Shown here one piece after another: positions 1 to 6,546 of a stretch of DNA of 32,000 nt (position 1 is its first letter; each line of letters opens with the position of its first letter). The stretch covers positions 3,420,001-3,452,000 of the forward strand of contig NC_017080.1 in assembly GCF_000284115.1 (NCBI RefSeq), in the 5' to 3' direction. A program made the translations under genes and the position numbers. Source of the DNA: Phycisphaera mikurensis NBRC 102666. Its GTDB lineage: Bacteria; Planctomycetota; Phycisphaerae; Phycisphaerales; Phycisphaeraceae. The notes beneath the pieces were generated by a model. That model was given only the letters and a program-made list of their open reading frames with translations. It was not told the origin of the DNA and searched no databases.

Positions 1-504
1 CGCAAGCTCGCGCTCGTCCGCCTCGTTGAGGTCCACGCGTCCGGCGGCGCCTCCACCCGACGCGGCTGGGTCGGCGGCGGCCCGCGGGCCGGTGGACCGC
101 TTCGCCGGCCGCTTCTTGGGCCGCCCCGCGGCCGCCGATTTCTTCCCCGCGGGACGCGGCGCGGCGGCCGGTTCGTCGTCCTCCTCGTCGTCGCCGAGCA
201 CCGCCACGACGGCCGCGGCGACGCCCGCCGCGAGCACGGCTCCAAGCGAAACCGCCGCCACCACCTGCAGCGTCGTCAACCCGCCGACCAGCCCGCTCTC
301 AGAGTCGCCGGTGCCTGCGGCCGACCCGTGCCGGGGAGCGGCACCGGCGAGCGGCTCCCGCGGGAGCGGGCCGCGGGTGGAGGTGCTTTCGGCGGTGCGG
401 CGTGGGGCCGCGCCCGCCCCAGCGCCGGCGTGGTGGTCGGTCTGCGGGATGGGCATGGCGGCCGGGTCCGCGTCGTCGTCTCGCTCGGGGAGGGGCTTGG
501 GCAT
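1..504 (-). CDS. N-terminal part of a single-pass membrane protein, possibly ComEA-like (helix-hairpin-helix DNA binding); the gene continues past the left edge
   Basis: This edge-open ORF is absent from the track. My translation of the minus strand in the frame ending at nt 1 gives MPKPLPERDDD...SGLVGGLTTLQVVAAVSLGAVLAAGVAAAVVAVLG-DDEEDDE...GRPKKRPAKRS...GRVDLNEADERELA. There is an in-frame stop upstream at 646-648; the first ATG is at 502-504 and a second at 454-456. Third codon positions are G/C-rich. VDLNxAxxxEL is the usual entry into ComEA-type HhH modules, but only about 12 aa of it are visible. Confidence 0.35.
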   Translation of the reverse strand, partial: MPKPLPERDDDADPAAMPIPQTDHHAGAGAGAAPRRTAESTSTRGPLPREPLAGAAPRHGSAAGTGDSESGLVGGLTTLQVVAAVSLGAVLAAGVAAAVVAVLGDDEEDDEPAAAPRPAGKKSAAAGRPKKRPAKRSTGPRAAADPAASGGGAAGRVDLNEADERELA

Positions 505-680
505 GCCGGACGCTACGCGCCGGAAGGATGCCAGGCGCGGCGGCCGCGGAGGCGACGCGAGCCCCGCCGCACCCCCTCCACCACGCGTGGCAGGCGGACG
601 GCCCGGGATCGGCGCCCGGAGATCCACCCAATTCTGCGGCTTCGCTCACCCTTTGCTCACGCAACGCTCATACTCGATGG

Positions 681-1442
681 ATGGCTCCAGCTTCCTCCCC
701 ACCCGCGGCCGCCGCGACGGCCACCGATCCCGCGGCGGCGGCGAGCCGGCTGCGCACCGTGCTGCTGCGCGTCTGCTGGATCGCCATCCCCGTGCTCGCG
801 CTGATGAACGTGCTCGACCGGGTGCTCGACGACCGCCTGCCGATCGCCACGCTGAACATGGTGATGGGCAAGTTCCACATGGACTTCGACCTCTCGATCC
901 CCGCGTGGTTCACGGTCCAGCTCATCTTCCTCTCCGCCGCGGTCACCGGCGGCCTGGCCTGGCGGGCGTGGCGGCGCGGCGGCCCCGACGCGTGGCGGTA
1001 CACGCTCCTCGCGGGGGTGCTGTTGTTTCTCTCCGCGGACGAGTCCGCGGGGCTGCACGAGCTGCTCGGAACCGCCATGCGGGAGCGGCTGAATCTCTCG
1101 GGGCTGCTCTTCTTCGGGTGGATGATCCCGGTGGGGCTTGCCGCCGCGGGCGTGGGCGTCTGCATGATCCCGCTGCTCAAGCGGCTGCCGGCGGCCACCC
1201 GCAACACGATGATCCTCGGCGGCGGCGTCTACATCCTGGGAGCCGCCGGCCTGGAGATGCTCGCCGGCCCCTTCGCCGAGGCCGGCAACGGCCAGGGCAT
1301 CGAGTTCTTCACGCTGATGACCGTCGAGGAGTGCCTCGAGATGGCGGGCATGCTCATCTACCTGCAGGCCGCCAGCGCCTTCCTGCTCGGGCAGGTGGAG
1401 GTGCCGCTGCGCGAGCCCGACGCCGCGGTCGCGATCGCCTGA
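681..1442 (+). CDS. multi-pass integral membrane protein, function unknown
   Basis: Track ORF 402..1442. The first 93 codons are Arg/Pro-rich GC noise, so I start at ATG 681 (MAPASSPP...). There are about six hydrophobic segments: VCWIAIPVLALMNVL, WFTVQLIFLSAAVTGGLAW, YTLLAGVLLFLSA, LLFFGWMIPVGLAAAGVGVCMI, MILGGGVYILGAAGLEML, MAGMLIYLQAASAFLL. Confidence 0.6.
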   Translation: MAPASSPPAAAATATDPAAAASRLRTVLLRVCWIAIPVLALMNVLDRVLDDRLPIATLNMVMGKFHMDFDLSIPAWFTVQLIFLSAAVTGGLAWRAWRRGGPDAWRYTLLAGVLLFLSADESAGLHELLGTAMRERLNLSGLLFFGWMIPVGLAAAGVGVCMIPLLKRLPAATRNTMILGGGVYILGAAGLEMLAGPFAEAGNGQGIEFFTLMTVEECLEMAGMLIYLQAASAFLLGQVEVPLREPDAAVAIA

Positions 1443-1534
1443 TCCCAAGCCCGCGGCCGGGGGCACCGCAGCCGCCGCCCCCGCGGATCGCCGCCCCGGC
1501 CGGGCTGGAAGGCACGCGGTCCGCGGCGCGTCGC

Positions 1535-2338
1535 TCAAACGATCGAGTCGATGATCCCGCCCTCGCAGCGGAGCGTCGCGCCGGTGGTGGCCGAAGCGAG
1601 CGGCGACACGGCGAAGGCGACCAGGTCCGCGACCTCCTCCGGTGTCGCGAAGCGGGCGATCAGCGAGCCCGGCCGCTGCTCCTCGAAGAACCGCGTCTTC
1701 ATCTCGTCCACGCTCAAGCCCTTCTCCGCCGCGACCTGCTCCACGAAGGCCGCGACGCCCTCGGTCCAGGTCGGCCCCGGCAGCACGCTGTTCACCGTGA
1801 TCCCGCTGCCCCCAAGCTCCTTCGCGAGCCCGCGTGACAGCGCCAGCTGGGCGCTCTTGGTCACCCCGTAGTGGATCATCTCCTCGGGCGTGCACACGCC
1901 CGACTCGCTGGAGATGAAGACCACGCGGCCCCAGCCGGCGTGCTTCATCCGCGGCAGCAGCGCCCGCGTCATCCGAACCCCCGACATCACGTTCAGATCG
2001 AAGATCCCCGCCCAATCTTCGTCCGTGATCTTCTCGAACGACTTCGGCGCGTACGCGCCCGCGTTGTTCACCAGCACGTCCACCATCGCGACGTGCTCGG
2101 CCGCCGCCGCGAGGTCCAGCGCCCCGCGCTCCGCCGAGAGGTCGGCCGCGACGCCGTGCACGTCGGCGCCGGCGACCTCCCCGCGCAGCTTCTCGACCGC
2201 CTCCGCAACCGAGCCCTCGCTCCGCCCGTTGACCGTGACGGTCGCGCCTTCCCTCAGCAGCCGCTCCGCGATCGCGAAGCCGATGCCCTTGGTCGATCCG
2301 GTCACCAGCGCGTGCTTGCCGTTGAGTTTCAGGTCCAT
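1535..2338 (-). CDS. short-chain dehydrogenase/reductase (SDR) family oxidoreductase
   Basis: This is the C-terminal 267 aa of track ORF 1535..3544, starting MDLKLNGKHALVTGSTKGIGFAIA (TGxxxGIG Rossmann motif). It also has NNAG and the catalytic YGVTK (YxxxK). The upstream 402 codons of the track ORF overlap the next gene in another frame and are not coding. Confidence 0.9.
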   Translation of the reverse strand: MDLKLNGKHALVTGSTKGIGFAIAERLLREGATVTVNGRSEGSVAEAVEKLRGEVAGADVHGVAADLSAERGALDLAAAAEHVAMVDVLVNNAGAYAPKSFEKITDEDWAGIFDLNVMSGVRMTRALLPRMKHAGWGRVVFISSESGVCTPEEMIHYGVTKSAQLALSRGLAKELGGSGITVNSVLPGPTWTEGVAAFVEQVAAEKGLSVDEMKTRFFEEQRPGSLIARFATPEEVADLVAFAVSPLASATTGATLRCEGGIIDSIV

Positions 2339-2370
2339 GGCCGACGGTAGCGCCGGCCCGGCCCCGCCGA

Positions 2371-3387
2371 TCACCTCACCCGGATCACGACCTTGCCCAC
2401 GTGCTTCTGCTGCTGGAAGTAGCTGTAGGCCTCGACCGCCTCCTCGAAGGCGAACGTCCGGTCGATCTTCGGCTTGATCCGATTCGCCTCCACCGCCTGT
2501 GCCAGCCCCTCGAACTGCGCCACCGAGCCGACGTAGATGCCGCGGATCGTCTGCGCATTCAGCAGCGCCGGCAGCACCGAGGGCTGCTCGTCGGGATTCG
2601 TGAGCAGCCCGATCAGAGAGATCGTCCCGCCCACGCGCACGCTCTTCAGCGACCGCTCCAGCGTGCCCGCTCCGCCCACCTCCAGCACGTTGTCGACGCC
2701 GCGGCCGCCGGTGATCCGCAGCACCTCCTCGTGCCAGTCCGGCGTATTGCCGTAGTTGATGACGTGGTCCGCCCCGAGCCCGCGGGCCAGGCCCAGCTTC
2801 TCGTCGCTGGAGCTGGTGACGATCGTCGTCGCCCCCGCGGCGTGCGCGAGCTGCAGCCCGAACACGCTCACCCCGCCCGTCCCCAGCAGCAGCACCGTGT
2901 CGCCGGGCTTCAGCCCCGCCGAGGTGAGCGCGTTCCACGCCGTCACCCCCGCGCACGGCAGCGTCGCAGCCTGCTCGTGGCTGAGGTGCGCCGGCACCCG
3001 CACCAGCGCCTCCTCGCTCGCCACGATTCGCTCCGCCAGCACCCCCTCCAGCCCGCCCCCCAGCGACGACCGCGCCCCCGCCTCGGTCAGCCCGCCCGCG
3101 GGATGCTTCGCCAGGAAGTTGGGCATGACGCGGTCCCCCTCGCTCCACCTCCGGACGGCGGAGCCCACCTCGACGACCTCCCCCGAGGCGTCCGACAGCG
3201 GCACCACCGGCGAGGTGTCGTTCCGCGGGTACCCGCCCCGCGTCACGATCAGGTCCCGGAAGTTCAGTGAGCAAGCGTGTACCTCCACCCGCACCTCGTG
3301 CGGCAGCAGCTCCCCCGGCTCCTCCACGTCCACCCGGGAGATGGCCTCGGGAACGCCGGCGTCTGACACAATGCGGTAAGCCTTCAT
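2371..3387 (-). CDS. medium-chain dehydrogenase/reductase, NADPH:quinone oxidoreductase / zinc-type alcohol dehydrogenase-like
   Basis: Track ORF 2371..3453 starts at a GTG. I prefer ATG 3385-3387 (MKAYRIV...), which is preceded by GAAGGAAAAG. HACSLNFRDL and GDTVLLLGTGGVSVFGLQLA (nucleotide-binding glycine motif) are typical of zeta-crystallin-like MDR enzymes. Confidence 0.88.
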   Translation of the reverse strand: MKAYRIVSDAGVPEAISRVDVEEPGELLPHEVRVEVHACSLNFRDLIVTRGGYPRNDTSPVVPLSDASGEVVEVGSAVRRWSEGDRVMPNFLAKHPAGGLTEAGARSSLGGGLEGVLAERIVASEEALVRVPAHLSHEQAATLPCAGVTAWNALTSAGLKPGDTVLLLGTGGVSVFGLQLAHAAGATTIVTSSSDEKLGLARGLGADHVINYGNTPDWHEEVLRITGGRGVDNVLEVGGAGTLERSLKSVRVGGTISLIGLLTNPDEQPSVLPALLNAQTIRGIYVGSVAQFEGLAQAVEANRIKPKIDRTFAFEEAVEAYSYFQQQKHVGKVVIRVR

Positions 3388-3455
3388 GATCTTTTCCTTC
3401 GGGAGCGAGAGAAAGTGAGATAGTTCGATTCCGATCGAACAGTACCGAGCCACGC

Positions 3456-3761
3456 ATGCCGCCGCAACCGTCCGAGCCCGACGCCGCCGACCTCGACCTG
3501 CCCCGGGTCCTCCGCGCGCTCGCCGATCCGGTCCGACTCGACATCGTCCGCTACGCGCACGCCCACCCCGGCGCGCCCTGCTCCACCATCCTCGCCGACG
3601 TTCCCAAGAGCACCGCCAGCCACCACTGGAGGGTCCTCCGCGAGGCCGGCCTGCTCCACCAGGAACCCGCCGGCCGCCAGAAGCTCAACCACCTGCGGAA
3701 GGCCGAAGTCGATACCGCGTACCCCGGCCTCCTCGACGCCGTGCTCGCCGGGCGTGAGTAG
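3456..3761 (+). CDS. ArsR/SmtB-family winged-helix transcriptional regulator
   Basis: 101-aa ORF. LRALADPVRLDIVRYA...STILADVPKSTASHHWRVLREAGLL is the ArsR-type HTH pattern. It is divergent from the oxidoreductase gene with a 68-bp shared upstream region. Confidence 0.85.
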   Translation: MPPQPSEPDAADLDLPRVLRALADPVRLDIVRYAHAHPGAPCSTILADVPKSTASHHWRVLREAGLLHQEPAGRQKLNHLRKAEVDTAYPGLLDAVLAGRE

Positions 3762-3774
3762 CGGGCTTGTTGGC

Positions 3775-4130
3775 GTTCCTCTCGCTGGCCTCGGGCCGGT
3801 TGCTGACGCGGCCCCAGCGGGAGTCGCGTTCTTCCGGCGTGCTGCCGGGGCCGAGGGATTGGCCGTCCCGGCGGGCGTTGGCATTGGCGAAGGTCCCGAT
3901 CCAGCTCTGCGTGGTCCCGAACTGCTCCTTCATCACGCAGAGGAAGGGGTCGGGGATCTTGTCGACGACGCGGATCTCCTGCGGGAGCGAAGCGCCGGGC
4001 GCTTCGCCGCCCGGGGCTCGCCCCCCCCGGGAGCGTTGGCTCCCGTCCAGCCTCGCAGCCGCCGCCTCCAACGCCGCCACGGTCCCGGCGACATCGACCT
4101 CCAGGTTCACCGGTGCCGGTGGCAAGCGGC
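3775..4130 (-). pseudogene. orphan, diverged copy of the 3'-terminal ~115 codons of the 1800-aa ATPase gene (fragment or small paralogue)
   Basis: The minus-strand translation is RLPPAPVNLEVDVAGTVAALEAAAARLDGSQRSRGGRAPGGEAPGASLPQEIRVVDKIPDPFLCVMKEQFGTTQSWIGTFANANARRDGQ..RWGRV. It aligns with the end of the large protein: RLPPAPVNLEVDVAGIVAALEAAAAKLDGSQRSRGERATGDTHPQEIRVVNKIPDTFLYVMKEQFEIMQSWIEPFAQVNARQDGQ..RWGRV. The nucleotide match is very high for about 3990-4130 versus 6750-6890, apart from a 15-nt indel, and stops abruptly at 4130/6890. There is no ATG. An open frame 3685..4176 is possible from GTG 4174-4176; the native stop position is lost and the tail overlaps the 3' end of the ArsR-like gene. 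Confidence 0.7.
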
Positions 4131-4180
4131 GGATGCGCCCGAGCCTGCCGGAGTGGATCCACCTCGCGAGGTCCACGGTT

Positions 4181-5170
4181 CTAACGCCGCGTCGCCCGCA
4201 GGATCCACCAGCCGCGGCGGTGGTCGGCGCCGGTGTAGAAGAGCACGCCCGCACCGCCTTCGCCCGTGGCGAAGCTGATCGAGGGGGCGATGATCTCGGA
4301 ACGTTCCAGCGGGCCGTGCTGGACGAGCAGGGGTGCGGGGTCGGGCGTCCAGGGGCCGAAGGGGTGGTCGGCGGTCGCGCGGAAGATGGCCTCGCGGTCG
4401 CCGTGGGCGTCCGTGCGCACGGCGACGAAGCCGCCGCCGGGCCGCGGGGTGACCTGGCCCTCCATCCCGATCGGGCAGTCGACCTCGGCGGGCTCGCTCC
4501 AGGTGGTGCCGCCGTCGGCGGAGGTCGCGCCGAGGACGCGGACGCGCGTCACGCGATCGGGCGGGGCGTCCCAGGCGAGGAAGACCAGGTGCAGCGTTCC
4601 CTCGTGCTCCACGACGCTCGGGGAGGTCACGCAGTGGACGAACGCGCCGGCGAGGTGCCCGCGCTCCACGACCGGGCCGGGTCGCTCGCGGTACGGGCCC
4701 TCCGCGGAGGCGGCCTCGGCGACGTGCAGCTGCGCCTCGTAGCTCGCTTCGTCCGCGTAGGCGATGTACCACAGCCGGTGACGGCCCCCGGCGGTGGCGC
4801 GGTGGAAGCCGGTCTCGCGGCTGATCGCCGGGGCTCCGGCGGGCCGGAGGATCTCGATCGTCCGGCCCGGCGCCCATCCGCCGGCCGCCCCGCGGGTGGC
4901 GAGCTTGAGCGCAGGCCGGTCGTCGTGGTCACCGGTGTAGAGCATGCGAACGACGCCGCGACCGTCCGCGAACACGTGCGGATCGCTCGCCACCTCGTAC
5001 CCGCCGCCGGGCAGCGGGTCGCGCAGGATCGCACCGGCGGGATCGCGGTGCCAAGCCCCGACCGCCGCCGCGGGGGCCGCCTCGCCGCAGCCGGGCATGC
5101 AGAGGCAGGCGGCGGCGGCGACGGCCACCCAGAGCCTCGCCGGCGATCGCTTCGGGATGCTGCGGATCAT
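4181..5170 (-). CDS. secreted (possibly lipidated) protein with glycoside-hydrolase-like beta-propeller features (GH43/GH32-like), function uncertain
   Basis: 329-aa ORF with SD GAGGAG 6 nt upstream of ATG 5168-5170. The N-terminal signal sequence RLWVAVAAAACLCMPGCG has a possible lipobox Cys. Recurrent blade-like motifs are present (VRMLYTGDHDD, HRLWYIAYAD, TLHLVFLAWD, GVLFYTGAD). Confidence 0.5.
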   Translation of the reverse strand: MIRSIPKRSPARLWVAVAAAACLCMPGCGEAAPAAAVGAWHRDPAGAILRDPLPGGGYEVASDPHVFADGRGVVRMLYTGDHDDRPALKLATRGAAGGWAPGRTIEILRPAGAPAISRETGFHRATAGGRHRLWYIAYADEASYEAQLHVAEAASAEGPYRERPGPVVERGHLAGAFVHCVTSPSVVEHEGTLHLVFLAWDAPPDRVTRVRVLGATSADGGTTWSEPAEVDCPIGMEGQVTPRPGGGFVAVRTDAHGDREAIFRATADHPFGPWTPDPAPLLVQHGPLERSEIIAPSISFATGEGGAGVLFYTGADHRRGWWILRATRR

Positions 5171-5287
5171 CGCGTGCTCCTCGCAAAAGGCTGAGGATCC
5201 CGATCGCGTGGTCCGTTCTCGGGCGACACGCCGCTTCGCGCCGGCTGCCGGCGGTGCGCCCCGGGGTCCGCCGGACCCGTCCGGGCT

Positions 5288-5758
5288 TCAGATCGGATCG
5301 GCCGAGGCATAGAGCACCGCGCTCACCCGTCGCACCCGATCCAGCTGAGCCGGCGGCAGCGTGATCATCAGGCTGGCGAGCTGGGTCTGCTCGCCCGCGG
5401 GGATGCCGTCGTCCCCGAAGCTCGACTGGCTCGACGCGCCGATGAGTTCGCCCGCCGCGTCGAAGACCGCGACGTGCATGCTCACGTGGCGGGCTCCGTC
5501 GGCCTCGTTGAACAGCTGCGCCGACACCATCAGCTTCTCGCGGCCGAAGAATTCGCCGCGGTAGAAGGACGTCTCGAGGCGGACCGACGCCGCTTCGAGC
5601 TGGAACGCCGGCGCCCCTTCCGGCGGCCCGAACTCGCTCGCGGGCAGCGCCTCGAAGCCGACCGAGGCGGCCTCGGAAGCCGGTCCCGCGAACGCGGTCG
5701 CCGAGGCCAGCCACACCGCCGCGAACGCGGCCACGATCCGGCAGGGAAGGGATCTCAT
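5288..5758 (-). CDS. small secreted hypothetical protein
   Basis: 156-aa ORF with a signal peptide (MRSLPCRIVAAFAAVWLASATAFAGP) and good GC3 bias. I recognise no family motif. Confidence 0.6.
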   Translation of the reverse strand: MRSLPCRIVAAFAAVWLASATAFAGPASEAASVGFEALPASEFGPPEGAPAFQLEAASVRLETSFYRGEFFGREKLMVSAQLFNEADGARHVSMHVAVFDAAGELIGASSQSSFGDDGIPAGEQTQLASLMITLPPAQLDRVRRVSAVLYASADPI

Positions 5759-5764
5759 CCCCCG

Positions 5765-5770
5765 AAGCTA
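5765..5770 (-). promoter_or_regulatory. -10-like hexamer TAGCTT, 6 nt upstream of the ATG of the small secreted protein gene
   Basis: The mRNA-sense sequence is GCGGTAGCTTCGGGGGATG. Confidence 0.3.
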
Positions 5771-5985
5771 CCGCAACACGGCCGCCGGGGCCCCGCCCCA
5801 AGATCTCGGGCCTTCCCCAGGATCCTCCGCCCTTGCACCGGAGCCCGCCTTGGCGTCGCGGCCGGGCCGTGGAGGAGCTCCGGCCCCTTCCCGCGAGACG
5901 AGGCCGCGGCTGGGGTCTAGTGTCGACGGGACGTCGCCGGAGGAGGCGGCGTCATCCTCGGGTCGAGAAACGAAGGAGTGGTGAA

Positions 5986-6528
5986 ATGCGGATCCCAACG
6001 ATGGGAGCGCTTGTGATTGGTGCCGCGGGCGCAAGCGGCGTCGCGGCTGCGCAGAGCGTGGAGGGGTCGATCGTGAGCGGCGGAACCACCGTCACCTCGG
6101 GCACGGCAACGCCGGGGCCGGGGGTGGAGTTCCGCGGCGAGGTCTTCCGCAACGAGATCTTCGGTGTCAACAGCGCCGACGCCTTCATCGACGTGGACGA
6201 CGACGGGCTGGGCGCGAGCTTCGGGATCGAGCGGACGGCCGGCTCCGCCGGGGTGTCGTCCGAAACGCCGGTGACGTTCACGCTCTCTGGCGCCGCGGTC
6301 GCGGGCATCGCCTCGGTGGACCTGCTCGACGAGAGCTTCGGCCAGGACCGGCCCGTCGAGAGCAGCTTCCGCGGCGGCACGCTGACGGTGACGCTGACCA
6401 ACGGCTTCTTCGTGGGCTCCTCCGACCCCAGCCGCGCGGCGGACTTCGGCTTCACGCCGATCCCCGAGCCCGCCGCGGCGGGGGTTCTCGCCCTCGGCAG
6501 CGCGGCTCTGCTCCGCCGGCGAGGCTGA
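5986..6528 (+). CDS. PEP-CTERM sorting-domain protein
   Basis: Track ORF 5833..6528, trimmed to ATG 5986 (MRIPTMGALVIGAAGASGVAAAQS signal), which is preceded by GAAGGAG at 5972-5978. The C-terminus, TPIPEPAAAGVLALGSAALLRRRG, has the PEP motif + TM helix + Arg cluster. Confidence 0.85.
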   Translation: MRIPTMGALVIGAAGASGVAAAQSVEGSIVSGGTTVTSGTATPGPGVEFRGEVFRNEIFGVNSADAFIDVDDDGLGASFGIERTAGSAGVSSETPVTFTLSGAAVAGIASVDLLDESFGQDRPVESSFRGGTLTVTLTNGFFVGSSDPSRAADFGFTPIPEPAAAGVLALGSAALLRRRG

Positions 6529-6546
6529 AACGCCTGTCACCAGGCC

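Noticed and set aside
26-1837. 603-aa plus-strand ORF, plus other very long ORFs in alternative frames. Examples: 657..2015(-), 12400..14721(+), 15484..18645(+), 15465..17057(-), 24677..26767(+), 24168..25886(-), 26888..29392(-), 27304..29631(+), and the N-terminal ~1190 codons of 20147..24736(-).
   Set aside because: They are Arg/Pro/Gly/Ala-rich low-complexity translations typical of stop-poor shadow frames in ~70% GC DNA. Each overlaps a gene with clear family motifs in another frame or strand, and I recognised no motifs in them.
1535-3544. A single 669-aa ORF spanning the SDR gene and the region of the MDR gene.
   Set aside because: Only the last 267 aa (from MDLKLNGK) look like a protein (a complete SDR). 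The upstream part is an out-of-frame overlap of the MDR gene.
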